Below, one piece after another: positions 28,945-39,900 of a stretch of 51,508 bases of DNA (the first letter of the stretch is position 1; every line of letters starts with the position of its first letter). The notes beneath the pieces are model-generated. The model was not told the origin of the DNA and did no database searches. It worked only from the letters and a program-made list of their open reading frames with translations. This DNA comes from Cyanobacteria bacterium P01_D01_bin.156 (GTDB lineage: Bacteria; Cyanobacteriota; Cyanobacteriia; Phormidesmidales; Phormidesmidaceae), in the NCBI GenBank assembly GCA_039024555.1, contig JBCCQQ010000046.1:1-51508 (forward strand). The letters are read 5' to 3'. Both the position numbers and the translations under genes were made by a program.

Positions 28945-31158
28945 ATGCGGCGAAAAAAATATGAATGCGTCCGGCAGCATGGGTATGAGGATTGTGGCGC
29001 TGCCTGTATGGCCACTGTCGCCAAAAGCTATGGACGTGCCTTAGCCCTATCGGAGGCCAGGGAAGCGGTCGGTGTAGGAGCTTTGGGCACTACCTTACTA
29101 GGACTGCGGCGGGGGGGAGAAGCCCTTGGGTTTAAGGCTCGACAGGTGCGGGCATCTAAGGAACTATTGTCCCAGCTATCAACGGTTCCCCTACCTGCGA
29201 TTATCCATTGGAAAGGGTGCCACTGGGTAGTACTCCACGGTCAGCGGCGGGCTAAATACATTATTGCTGATCCCGCCGTGGGGTTGCGATGGCTCAACCA
29301 ACAGGAGCTTATGGCAGCCTGGGATGGGATCATGTTGTTGCTAGAGCCCGATGAAATTCGGTTCTACAGTCAGGCTAAACAACAAAAAGTAACAGGCGTG
29401 CCATCCCCATTACGTCGGCTGTGGCCCTATCGAAAACTGTTGCTTGAAAGTTTAGGGCTGAATGTGGCAATTGGCCTGATCGCCTTAGTGATCCCGTTTT
29501 TAATCCAGATTCTAACGGACGACATTTTGATCGATGGCGATCGTCGAATGTTAACAATCTTTGCTTTGGGGGCAGGGGTATTGACCCTGTTTAGCACCCT
29601 ACTGGAATGGATTCAGCGCTCCTTAGTTGTTTATGTTGCTCAGCGGTTTGAACTGTCGTTTACCCTAGACTTTGGTCGACAGTTACTGCAGCTGCCCCTA
29701 ACCTATTTTGAGACCCGTAACAGTGGGGAGGTGTCTGCTCGACTTCAGGATATTCAAATTTTTAATCGGCTGTTGCTAAAAACTCTGGTTCTCCTACCTA
29801 GTGAAGGGTTTACGGCTATTGTGGCCTTGATTTTAATGGGGGTGTACAGCCCCATCTTGACCCTGTGGGCCTTAGGGTTAGCCGCTGCTATTTTGGCTCC
29901 GATTGTGATTGCCTGGCCCACCTACCAACAGCGGGCCAGAACCCAATTAGTCATGGCGGGGGAAAATTTGGGACTGTTGGTGGAAACCTTTAAAGGGGCC
30001 ATGACCCTCAAATCGATTAATGCTTACCCCCAGCTTTTGGATGAACTGCAGCGACGGTTAGGACGTTTGGCAAAATATAACTTTGAGACATTGGGGTTTA
30101 ATATGACCCTAAGCCTGATTGCCAAGCTGATGATCGGGTTAGACACCATTGTTATGCTGTGGTTGGGGGGGACTCTCGTTAACAGCCAGCAGATTAGTGT
30201 GGGACAACTGCTAGCGGTTTACAGTCTCAATCGTACACTCACCCTATTTCTTCTTCGCTTGGTAGAGTGGGGGGATGAATTTGCCCAGGTGAGAGCGGTT
30301 ACGGCCCGTATTCTCGACATTATTGAAACTAAACCTGAACAGAGACAGTTTGCGGCTTCTGTGGAACTGTCGGAAGCGACCGATGGGGTCTCTAGAAAGC
30401 AGGGAACGGCATCTCTTCCCTTTGTGGAGTTTCCCATGGATGTGGCAATCACCTGCACAGATGTTTCATTTTGCTATGGGGGGCGCATGGATTTACTCCA
30501 GGACTTTTCTGTGGCAATTCCGGGGGGTAAAACAACGGCGTTAATCGGCGAGTCGGGCTGTGGGAAAAGCACCTTAGTCAAGCTGATTTCCGGCTTATAT
30601 TCTCCTAAAAGTGGCAATATTGCATTTGGCCCTTACAGCTGCGACGATGTAGCTCTGGATTGTTTGCGGCAGCAGGTGCGTTTAGTGCCCCAGGATGCCC
30701 ACTTTTGGCAGCGTTCTATTTTAGAGAATTTTCAGTTGACTAATCCCCATCTCTCATTTGAGGAGATTGTTGATGCCTGTCAGCGAGTCCAGGCCCACGG
30801 GTTTATTTCCCAGTTACCCAACAAATATCAGACGGTGTTGGGTGAATATGGTTCGAACCTGTCAGGGGGACAAAAACAGCGGTTAGCGATCGCACGGGCG
30901 TTAATCAATCAGCCAGCGGTGCTAATTCTAGATGAATCCACCAGTGCATTGGACCCCATTGCTGAAACCAATCTGCTCAATACCCTAGCGGACTATCGCC
31001 AGGGTAAAACCACCCTAATGATTAGCCATCGGCCCCAGGTAATTAGTCGAGCCGACTGGATTATTTTTCTAGAACAGGGCAAAGTTAAGCGGGTGGGACC
31101 ACCCCAGGAGCTATTGAAAACCCCTGGCAGCCATCGCTATTTTCTAGAACATTGTTGA
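28945..31158 (+). CDS. Peptidase-containing ABC transporter (C39 peptidase + TMD + NBD; PCAT)
   Basis: QHGYEDCGAAC, HWVV, IADPA (Cys/His/Asp intact). GESGCGKST, LSGGQKQ, LILDE, ISHR. Confidence 0.95.
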   Translation: MRRKKYECVRQHGYEDCGAACMATVAKSYGRALALSEAREAVGVGALGTTLLGLRRGGEALGFKARQVRASKELLSQLSTVPLPAIIHWKGCHWVVLHGQRRAKYIIADPAVGLRWLNQQELMAAWDGIMLLLEPDEIRFYSQAKQQKVTGVPSPLRRLWPYRKLLLESLGLNVAIGLIALVIPFLIQILTDDILIDGDRRMLTIFALGAGVLTLFSTLLEWIQRSLVVYVAQRFELSFTLDFGRQLLQLPLTYFETRNSGEVSARLQDIQIFNRLLLKTLVLLPSEGFTAIVALILMGVYSPILTLWALGLAAAILAPIVIAWPTYQQRARTQLVMAGENLGLLVETFKGAMTLKSINAYPQLLDELQRRLGRLAKYNFETLGFNMTLSLIAKLMIGLDTIVMLWLGGTLVNSQQISVGQLLAVYSLNRTLTLFLLRLVEWGDEFAQVRAVTARILDIIETKPEQRQFAASVELSEATDGVSRKQGTASLPFVEFPMDVAITCTDVSFCYGGRMDLLQDFSVAIPGGKTTALIGESGCGKSTLVKLISGLYSPKSGNIAFGPYSCDDVALDCLRQQVRLVPQDAHFWQRSILENFQLTNPHLSFEEIVDACQRVQAHGFISQLPNKYQTVLGEYGSNLSGGQKQRLAIARALINQPAVLILDESTSALDPIAETNLLNTLADYRQGKTTLMISHRPQVISRADWIIFLEQGKVKRVGPPQELLKTPGSHRYFLEHC

Positions 31159-31181
31159 TTCAATCTTTACTTAAAAAGTCT

Positions 31182-32060
31182 ATGGGGCGATATGACACTG
31201 CTGAAAAAATTAAAACACTAGATCCGCAACAGGATGCGATCTCAATTTGTCATCTATTGGTGGGTTATGAGTTTCCATGGGATATCACCCGAGCCTTAGA
31301 AATTGCCCTGTTGCGAACATTTTGTGTTCCCACCATTGCCACCTTGCTAGACAATACAGGAGAGTTTCAGCACCATACCCAAAAACGCTACGACGATACC
31401 GGCATTATCGTGTCGGAACTCTTTAAGTGGGGCTATCGCCATCCCCGGGGACAGCAGTTTTTACAGCGGATGAATGCCATTCACAGCCGGTTTCCCATCG
31501 CTAATTCAGACTACCTGTATGTGCTGTCCACATTTATCTATGAGCCCGTGCGCTGGTGCGATCGCTTTGGTTGGCGTTCCCTTAGTCCGCTGGAGCAACA
31601 GGCCATGTACCACTTTTGGGTGGCCGTGGGTGAGCGCATGGGTATCACTGATATTCCCGACACCTATGGGGCCTTTGAAGCATATAACCAAGCTTACGAA
31701 CAGCAACACTTTACCTATGCCGCTGCTAACCAGCGAGTGGCGGATGCCACCCGCGCCATGCTGTTGAGTTGGTTTCCCATGGGGGTGCGATCGTTGGCAA
31801 ATCCTGCCATTCCAGCCCTATTAGACAGACCGTTACTCAATGCCCTGGGCTGGCAGCCTGCCCCAAGCTATCTAACCCAGCTGTTAGAAACCACTCTCAA
31901 AGTCCGTAGTCGTTTGCTTTGTAAACTTCCTCCCCGTACGTTACCAGATTTTTTTGCCGATCAGACCATTCGCAGCTATCCCCAGGGCTACGATGTCAGC
32001 AATATTGGTCCCCCATCTCTTTTAGAGCAGCTTAACGCGCCTCCAGAAACACGCCCCTAA
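31182..32060 (+). CDS. Oxygenase MpaB family / DUF2236 protein
   Basis: ALLRTF.VP.I..LL..TGEF, KRYDDT, MN.IH, DYLYVLSTF, VGERMGI.DIP. Confidence 0.85.
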   Translation: MGRYDTAEKIKTLDPQQDAISICHLLVGYEFPWDITRALEIALLRTFCVPTIATLLDNTGEFQHHTQKRYDDTGIIVSELFKWGYRHPRGQQFLQRMNAIHSRFPIANSDYLYVLSTFIYEPVRWCDRFGWRSLSPLEQQAMYHFWVAVGERMGITDIPDTYGAFEAYNQAYEQQHFTYAAANQRVADATRAMLLSWFPMGVRSLANPAIPALLDRPLLNALGWQPAPSYLTQLLETTLKVRSRLLCKLPPRTLPDFFADQTIRSYPQGYDVSNIGPPSLLEQLNAPPETRP

Positions 32061-32073
32061 AAGGAGAATCTCC

Positions 32074-32757
32074 ATGGCCGTACAGTTAGACAAGGTGGTG
32101 CCCTTTGGGCGATTGTTAGATGAATATGTGCAGATGTTTTCCCTCACCCCGGAAGACCTGGAAAAGTCCATCCTCAGCGTGGCTGACGGACCAGCGGGCT
32201 TTAACGCCCAGGGAACCCGATTAGGGTACCAAATTAAGTCCGTCGATCCGCTGTATTGTTTTAATTCCAGTGAAATTAAACAACAGTTTTACCTAGTGGT
32301 AGACAACATTATTTCCCAGGTGGAAAACTCCATGGAGGACTGGGTGTGGATCTTTCATAAATCCCCCAGCGATCTGCGCAAAAATCGTGAAACCGCCCTC
32401 CAGTATTTTTGTGAAGACTTTGACCAGGGTAAACTCGAAGGCCGTTATGAAATTGGTGAGCTACCTAAACTTAACTATCCAGACGCTAGCTACGATCTGG
32501 GACTGTGTTCTCACTTTTTGTTTTTATATTCAGAACAGTGCGATCGCACCTTTCACCTAGCCTCAATTCGTGAGATGTTGCGGGTGTGTCGAGAAGTTCG
32601 CATTTTTCCATTGCTTAGCCTTAACCTGCAAACATCTCCCCATTTAGGGTTTGTGATGAAAAATCTAACTGCCTTGGGTTACCGTTGTGAAATTGAGTCC
32701 GTTGCCTATGCGTTTCAGCGCAATGGCAACAAGATGCTGAGAATTACCCCTCAATAG
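32074..32757 (+). CDS. Putative SAM-dependent methyltransferase
   Basis: VVPFGR..DEY..MF.L, ILSVADGPAGF, DLGLCSHFLFLYS, EMLRV.REVRIFPL. Confidence 0.8.
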   Translation: MAVQLDKVVPFGRLLDEYVQMFSLTPEDLEKSILSVADGPAGFNAQGTRLGYQIKSVDPLYCFNSSEIKQQFYLVVDNIISQVENSMEDWVWIFHKSPSDLRKNRETALQYFCEDFDQGKLEGRYEIGELPKLNYPDASYDLGLCSHFLFLYSEQCDRTFHLASIREMLRVCREVRIFPLLSLNLQTSPHLGFVMKNLTALGYRCEIESVAYAFQRNGNKMLRITPQ

Positions 32758-32762
32758 GTGCC

Positions 32763-33845
32763 ATGATAACCCGACGACAACTTTTGCAAAATACAGCACT
32801 GTTTACTGGGGGCCTAATGATGGGATGTGCAGTAGCCGGAACAACATGGCGAATGCCGGATGAAGCGATGCCCCACAAACGCACATGGATGGCCTTTGGG
32901 GCTAGTGAACGGATTTGGGGCAAACGTCTGCTACCGGAAGTGCGTCGTAATCTGGTGACCATTGCCCAAACTATTGCTCGGTACGAGCCGGTTTCCATGG
33001 TGGTGAGGGAACAAGAGTATGACCTAGCTCGAACCATGCTGGGGGATGCCGTTGAACTGGTGGTGGCCCCCCTGGATGACCTGTGGATACGGGATACTGG
33101 CCCTGTGTTTGTATTGTCTGATCAGGGAGAAAAAGCAGGTATAGACTTTAACTTTAACGGTTGGGGAGAAAAACAGATCTATCGCAACGATGCGGCGGTG
33201 GCTAGGTTTGTGGCGCAACAGGCAGGAGTGCCTATCATCAATACGGAACTGGTGTTAGAAGGTGGATGTATCGAAGTGGATGGCCGTGGCACTGCCATTA
33301 TTACTGAAAGCTGTGTGCTCAACGACAATCGTAATCCTGGCATGTCTAAAGCCCAGTTTGAGGAGTTGTTGATGCCTCTACTGGGCCTAGAAAAAATTAT
33401 CTGGCTACCGGGGATTAGGGGAAAAGATATTACCGATGGCCACACGGATTTTTATGCTCGGTTTATCGAGCCGGGTGTGGTGGTGGCAGGCTACGAACCT
33501 GACCCGGCCTATGTCGACCATGCTGTGACCAAACAACATATAGATATGCTCAATGCCGCCACTGATGCCCGGGGACAGTCCTTGGAGGTAGTTGTGCTTG
33601 AAGCCCCTAGCAAAATTCGAGACACCTATGAAACATCAGATTTTGCAGCGGGCTATGTGGGGTTTTATGTCTGCAATGGGGCAGTGATTATGCAAGAGTT
33701 TGGTGATGATGTCGCCGACCAAGCCGCCCAGGAGGCACTGCAGCAAGTCTTTCCCGACCGTGATATTGTTGCCCTTAACATTGATGGGATTGCGGCCGGT
33801 GGTGGTAGTATTCACTGCGCTACCCAGCAGGAGCCGCTATTGTAG
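32763..33845 (+). CDS. Agmatine/peptidylarginine deiminase family protein with Tat signal
   Basis: TRRQLL twin-arginine, WIRDTGP, FNGWG, LEGG, DGHTD, GGGSIHCATQQ. Confidence 0.9.
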   Translation: MITRRQLLQNTALFTGGLMMGCAVAGTTWRMPDEAMPHKRTWMAFGASERIWGKRLLPEVRRNLVTIAQTIARYEPVSMVVREQEYDLARTMLGDAVELVVAPLDDLWIRDTGPVFVLSDQGEKAGIDFNFNGWGEKQIYRNDAAVARFVAQQAGVPIINTELVLEGGCIEVDGRGTAIITESCVLNDNRNPGMSKAQFEELLMPLLGLEKIIWLPGIRGKDITDGHTDFYARFIEPGVVVAGYEPDPAYVDHAVTKQHIDMLNAATDARGQSLEVVVLEAPSKIRDTYETSDFAAGYVGFYVCNGAVIMQEFGDDVADQAAQEALQQVFPDRDIVALNIDGIAAGGGSIHCATQQEPLL

Positions 33846-34133
33846 TGACTGATAATATTGAATATCTTGAATAGCGATGTTCAGTCTCTCAGCCATTTGC
33901 TGGAGTTCTTGACCTATGGCATTTGGAAAAAGGGAAAGCTCCATGGCGATGTATGCGGCTGAATTAATACCACAGCTGAAGGTTAAGAAGGTAATTGTGC
34001 TGGCATTTATCAGTTGAGATAGATAGCTAACAAATTCACCCTGCGTCAGAGCAGTCTGACCGTCAAAGCGATAGCCAGCTACCCATTCAAAACTAGCTAA
34101 CAGGACAACCTTTTGTAGATGTAATGGGACCAT
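33837..34133 (-). CDS. Hypothetical protein or gene remnant
   Basis: 98-aa ORF filling the intergenic space. No motif recognised. Confidence 0.3.
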   Translation of the reverse strand: MVPLHLQKVVLLASFEWVAGYRFDGQTALTQGEFVSYLSQLINASTITFLTFSCGINSAAYIAMELSLFPNAIGQELQQMAERLNIAIQDIQYYQSLQ

Positions 34134-34255
34134 GATTACTTGCCTGAGCCACTGCCAAATAAAAGACTTTGAACGGGGGCAATCGGCATAGGCCGATAGT
34201 AGCTATGTGAAACTCAAATGTCTAATCAACACGTTTAATCTAGATGCAGAAATGT

Positions 34256-34651
34256 CTAGAATTCGCTAGGTTTGATGCAGATTCTTTGAATTTGCACCTG
34301 GCGGGCATTATCGTTGGTATTGCGTAAGCGTACTCGCGAGGTCCAAGCATCTTCTGCATAGCTATCAATAACTTTGAAGCCTCTGCCGGATGAGGATTGA
34401 CTGTGAAAACCTCCGCTCACCACAACCCGATCATTGGGACAGCGGGAATAGAGGGAAACAGTCTCCCGTGGACCCACGGTTACCCAGTCAGAATTGGTCC
34501 AGAGCACAGGCGTGGGTCTAGCCATGGCAGGCAGGCAAAGACCTAACACAATGGCTGTCAGCAGGGCGATAATGACAAGGATTTTACGACGTAAGTAATT
34601 CGGAAGCTTAACGTATTGCATGGGTGCTTTTGTTTGGTCTACAGCAGTCAC
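34256..34651 (-). CDS. Small secreted hypothetical protein
   Basis: Signal peptide (RRK, hydrophobic stretch, PAMA) and a 'CP...VVSGG' Cys-containing domain. The start may be 34621. Confidence 0.65.
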   Translation of the reverse strand: MTAVDQTKAPMQYVKLPNYLRRKILVIIALLTAIVLGLCLPAMARPTPVLWTNSDWVTVGPRETVSLYSRCPNDRVVVSGGFHSQSSSGRGFKVIDSYAEDAWTSRVRLRNTNDNARQVQIQRICIKPSEF

Positions 34652-34829
34652 TCAGCAACCAGCAACAAACATTATGCAAATGCCAAAAAACTGTTTGACA
34701 TTGTTGATCTTTAAGGGAATTGTGAACGTTTGATTTGCCGTAAGCAACAGTAAAAAAATCTGTACCGCATCGGTTTGGTCGCGTTTCTTGAGGCATAGTT
34801 AGAGCTATGTCGTGTATCAGCCCCCGCTA

Positions 34830-35327
34830 ATGTATAAGACTAATGTTTTGGGCCTTGGACTAATGACCCTGTTAACTGGTTTTGCCGCAACCTATTTTTT
34901 GCGTACACGGGCTGTAGCCCAGGCAACAGCACCCACGGGTTTAGTGGTTAAGGTCAGCCCCCACAGTGTTGATAAAACCGAAACTCGGTTTAAACAAATT
35001 CTAGAGAAAAAAGGATTGAACCTATTTGCTACGGTTGAGCATGATAAAAATGCGGCGGGCGTAGGGTTGGAGCTGCGACCTACTCGGGTTGTAATTTTTG
35101 GTAATCCTAAGATCGGAACGCCCTTAATGCAATGCGAGCAGACGATGGCGATTGACTTACCCCAAAAGGTATTGATCTGGGAAGATGAGGAGGGACAGAC
35201 CCAGGTTGCCTACAATGATCCGCAATATTTGGGCGGTCGCCATCGCCTTGATGGATGCGGTGTGGAGTCGCTAAAAACCATTGCCGGAGCACTTAATAAT
35301 TTGACCAATGCTGCGATCGCACCGTAA
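34830..35327 (+). CDS. DUF302 domain protein
   Basis: FATVEH..NA, VIFGNPKIGTPLMQ, IDLPQKVLIWED, with an N-terminal signal/TM segment. Confidence 0.9.
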   Translation: MYKTNVLGLGLMTLLTGFAATYFLRTRAVAQATAPTGLVVKVSPHSVDKTETRFKQILEKKGLNLFATVEHDKNAAGVGLELRPTRVVIFGNPKIGTPLMQCEQTMAIDLPQKVLIWEDEEGQTQVAYNDPQYLGGRHRLDGCGVESLKTIAGALNNLTNAAIAP

Positions 35328-35558
35328 TTATCGTAAAGGATCTAAGGGAATAAACCCATTTGGCAACAGTACAGAATATCAAATGTCTTCTATCTTCAGA
35401 TAAAATCGCCTCGATTATTAGTAACGGTAAACGTTTATCCAAAATGTTGTTTCAATGTTTTGAATTTGTTGTCTGATTAATCAGGTGATTTTCTGATGGA
35501 GCGGAATTACCTACACACAAACTGTAGAGATGGAAGTCTTGTATTTACAAAAATCCCT

Positions 35559-36764
35559 ATGATTATCCTGAACTCAAAGTCGTTACGGCGATGGGCCGGA
35601 TTATTTCTGGCGGGTTTGCTGAGTAGCTTAATGGTGTTTAGCCAGCCAGTTGCTGCCCAAACTAACTTTTGTGAAACCCGTGATATTCCTAACAATGTGG
35701 CCCAGGGACGCAGCTATGGTGACCCCCATATTAATACCTATGATGGATTTCACTATACGTTTCAAACCGTGGGTGAATTTATTTTGACTTATTCGGGCAA
35801 TGGTACCCTCGCCTCAACTAACAAATTTGGCGAAGTCGCCAGTGTTCGTAAGTCGGCTAATAACTTTGGCGAAATCGCTAATGCTAATGTGCCAGGTCGT
35901 GACTTCGAAGTGCAGGCCCGGCAGAGCCCGGTACCCAATCGCGACAGCCTTTCCCTAAATACGGCAGTGGCCATGCGGGTATGTGATCAGCGGGTGGGTA
36001 TGTATGTGCAAGATAGCCCCGATGGACGCAGTCTGATGTGGGTGGATGGTACGCCCATCCAGTTTGTGAATGATGTATTTCCCTTGAACAACGGTGGCGA
36101 AATTCAGCGTCAGAACGACCGCAACTACACCGTTATCTGGCCCAGTGGTGACCAGGTCGCGCTGAAGATTATTAACGTTAGCGGCGTTGAGTTTATTAAC
36201 ATCATGCCGATTGTGGGTCGCGATCGCAGAAATACCATGGTTGGCCTGCTAGGAAACTTCAACGGTAACCCTGACGATGATCTAGTAGGTCGTGATGGGA
36301 CCCGACTGGCTACCCGGTCCACCTACAGTGTGGCCACCAATACATTAAGCCGTGCCCTGCCCGCTGCGATTCCTGTTGCTGAACTAGAAACCGCTTACTT
36401 TGAGCAGCTAAACCGACAGTTTGGCGATAGCTGGCGCATTACCCAGGCTGAGTCTCTGTTTGATTACCCTGTGGGGATGACCACCGCTAACTTTAGCGAT
36501 CGCAGCTTTCCTACTCAATACATCTCCCTAAATAATGCTAGCCGTGAAGAGCTGGATGCAGGCGTTACTGCCTGTAGAGAAGCAGAGGTGCCTGAAGACC
36601 AGATGGATGGATGTGTATTTGATACTGTTGCCACTGGAAACAACGGTTTTGCCGATGCAGCTGTGAATGCGGTGGCAAACGTAGCAGCGCAACGAGTACA
36701 GGATCAGATTGAGGATGAAATTGAAAAAATAATTCCTGGTGGTTTTCGCCTTCCGTCGTTTTAG
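35559..36764 (+). CDS. Secreted von Willebrand factor type D (VWD) domain protein
   Basis: Signal peptide, GDPHINTYDG..YTFQTVGEF, GLLGNFNGNPDDD, FGDSWRI...SLF, C.FD. ORF is open from 35496. Confidence 0.85.
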   Translation: MIILNSKSLRRWAGLFLAGLLSSLMVFSQPVAAQTNFCETRDIPNNVAQGRSYGDPHINTYDGFHYTFQTVGEFILTYSGNGTLASTNKFGEVASVRKSANNFGEIANANVPGRDFEVQARQSPVPNRDSLSLNTAVAMRVCDQRVGMYVQDSPDGRSLMWVDGTPIQFVNDVFPLNNGGEIQRQNDRNYTVIWPSGDQVALKIINVSGVEFINIMPIVGRDRRNTMVGLLGNFNGNPDDDLVGRDGTRLATRSTYSVATNTLSRALPAAIPVAELETAYFEQLNRQFGDSWRITQAESLFDYPVGMTTANFSDRSFPTQYISLNNASREELDAGVTACREAEVPEDQMDGCVFDTVATGNNGFADAAVNAVANVAAQRVQDQIEDEIEKIIPGGFRLPSF

Positions 36765-36801
36765 GCAACCTAATATCTCACTTCACCGGTGGGTCTGATG
36801 A

Positions 36802-36841
36802 GACCTGATAAAGACATGCTTTTGCATGCCCTTATCAGGTC
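36802..36841. terminator. Hairpin between convergent VWD and NACHT genes
   Basis: GACCTGATAA..CATGC-TTTT-GCATG..TTATCAGGTC inverted repeat. Confidence 0.5.
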
Positions 36842-36913
36842 CCATGCTGTTCGCCCTCATTTGTTGTTATGGAGTAAGGCAGTACACAACTCTAGATAGG
36901 GAAACCAAGCGTT

Positions 36914-39900
36914 CTAGGCGCTCTTCGACTTTCGCAACATCTGAAACCATTGGTGCAATAACAGCACCCGAATGCGATAACAATCATACCCATTGGGATG
37001 TTCTTTCTGTTCTACAATGCCTAGATTCTCTAATACATGCACGGCATCTAAGCATTGAATTTCCGACAGATTCAACTTACTTGACAGAAATGCTAAGAAT
37101 GTTCTGGCTCTCAGCCACCCATCTACACTATTCGACGCTGTTGTCAGTACACTTGCTGCATTTAGCACCCGATGCACCTTGAGTTGCGAATCGTACTGCC
37201 GCAGCTCGCTAATGATTCCATGTTGCACATAGGCTTTTAGGGACTGATCTCTAAATGTTTTACGCAGCTGCATTTGAGCAAAGGCAAAGGGAATGCGGCG
37301 ATTGGTCAGATAGCCGCTTTGATTAATGGCTTTTTGTACCAAAAAACTAGCCAGCTTACGAATCAAAAATGGATGACCACCGCTCAATTGATGGATCTGC
37401 TGAATCACCTGTTGGTCAAACTCCCAGCGCATCAAACTACCAATGCTGTTGATCAATAGCGATGTTTCTAATACCGAGAATGGCGTTAGAAAAGATTCTT
37501 TGAAAAACCGATGGAGCGGATTTTTGAACGTCTTTGAAAAACGCCACTGCTTGATGCGATTACATTGGGGATGAATTGCGGTGACCACCAATGATAAACA
37601 CTGTTCCTTACGGCTTAACGCTCTCAGGGCACCAAAAACAAAGTTAAATTCTTCTGCCTTTTCGTCAAACTTTTCGTGAGATCTGGGAAATACTCGGTCT
37701 AGGTTGTCTAGAAAACATAGTACAGGTAGTTGATAACCTGCCCCCTCGATAGATTTAACCAACCGTCGAAAGCATCGATAAAACTCATAGGACGATTCCT
37801 TGATGGGCTGTCCCGCTTCAGTCAGTAACGGTGGCTGTTCGAGTAAGGGATTGCGATATTTGCCCAGGGCGTAAAGACTTTGCAAAATGTTATCCAACAG
37901 CTCGATCCCATAGCCGATGCCAATATCGCTGTATTTTTGCATGTCGATGTGGATAATGGCATGGTCTCGACAACGTAGGGCAAGCTGGTGCAGGATAGAA
38001 GACTTGCCAGACTTGCGTAAACCAAACAAGCCTACACTTTGGTTATTGTTGAGGTCCACAATTAGCTGGTCTAACAGCTGTGTGCGGCCAAAAAACAATA
38101 GCGGATCGTGAATAGCTTTTTTGTCTTGAAAGAAATCGACGGTATTGCTGTATTGACTTACTTGTTTGAGCAGTAGCTTTTCGCAGGTATCCCGACTGGG
38201 TAAAGCGGTCTCTACTGCATCTAAAGCTACGGGGACTACGGTAAAACTTTGTTGGAGTCTGAGGTCGGCCATCCGTTCTCGGGCCGCCTTTGTGGGTAAA
38301 TCCTTATATAGGACAATTCCCATCAGCTCTGGGTTGGCATTGCGAATGCTGTCGGAGCTTTCGTATAGCTCATTAACAACATCTTGAGATATCACCTCTG
38401 ACGTAACATTGACCCAAAGTGGTGGCTTAATGCCAAACTGGTCCGGTATGTCTCGAATTAAAAAGCTACCGTTGTCAGATTGTTTAGCAACGGCCCCGAC
38501 CTGGTCTAAAAAGCTTTGGGCCGCCAGTAGTCCTGGACGGTCGCCACCGGCACTTAAGGAAAGAATCTCTTCCTGTACAGATTGCCATTGTTCTAAAGAA
38601 ATGCGCTTAGCCTCTTTGCGACATTTTAACAACAGCAGTGTGACATATAAACAATCTTGACAGGCTTTAGCCTCAGCTTTAGAAAGGGTCAGCCAGGCTT
38701 CTTGGACTTTGAGGATGCCCAAACAAACGTGTTTGAGATCGTCTAAAAACTTCTGGTGAACGTGGCTGGGATACCGAATGCCTGGAATATTTAAGCTCAG
38801 ACGGTTTAGCTGTTCAAATAATGATGGAAAATCGGCATTGGCAAAAATCTCGTTGTTTCTGAGATCCGTATCAATGGTTGCCGGTTGCTCATGGTTTTTG
38901 AGATAGCGCATACTGCGAACGCTGGCGCGTTTACGAAGCTGGCTAGCCAGCGGTTTAGCGAGTGTAACGGCCTTTTTTAGATCGGTCTGGGTGCGCTTTC
39001 TAAAAACAGGATCGCCTAGTTTTTTTGTTGTTTTGACCTGTCGGGATACGGTGTAAAAGGCGTTGATAAGCAGAGTGGTCAGGGTGAGATCACTGGTGGC
39101 ACGTAGGTTGTAGATAAATGGCTGCAGCAAGGTTTGGATAATTTCCAAATCACCCTTAAGCTCAGGGCTTTCGGTGAGAATGCGGCTATAGTGAAACGCT
39201 CTGTATAGGGCATTGGCGCGCTTTTCGATGAGTTTGTCTGGGGTGGGTTCATCAGCGGTTACCTGGGTGGCCCACAGCCATAGGGCACTGAGTTTGTTGG
39301 TATTGATAAATCCTTGGGCGACTTGGTTAAGGTAGCGCAGTAGGTTAATGACGTTGGTTTCGTCATACTTAAGACCGGCAATGAGTAGAAATACCTCTTC
39401 CCATCGTCTGTCGTTGGCATACTGACGCACTATTTCTGACAGGGCGTGGTTGGTGTAGTTTTCATGGATGTATTTAGCCGCCAAAAATTCTTGGAAGGTG
39501 AGGTGCGAAAAGGAGTAAATGCCTTCCGATTGTTCAACCAAGATCCCTTGCTGAATTACGATGGCGTCTAGAATATTTTCTCCGCTGAGGTTGCTGGGGG
39601 CGTTGAGCTCCTGTAGAAGAAACTTGCGAATGTGTTTAACCAGATTTGCTTTGGTCAGTAGCAGGTTGTCTGCTTTGAATGCTTCGTAGGCAATCTCAGC
39701 TAGCAGTTTTTCTTCTAATTCGATGTGCAATCCTTCATAAATGGTATCTTTGGCCACACGCTTTTCTTCAAACCAGCGTTTTAGCAGAATGCGTAAACCC
39801 TGGTGATAGAGCATACTGCGATTGCCCGAAAAGGTGTGGGAACGGCTGTAGACCAGGCAGAGAAATGTGAGTAGCAAGGGGGTTTGGGCCAGCTCGCGGA

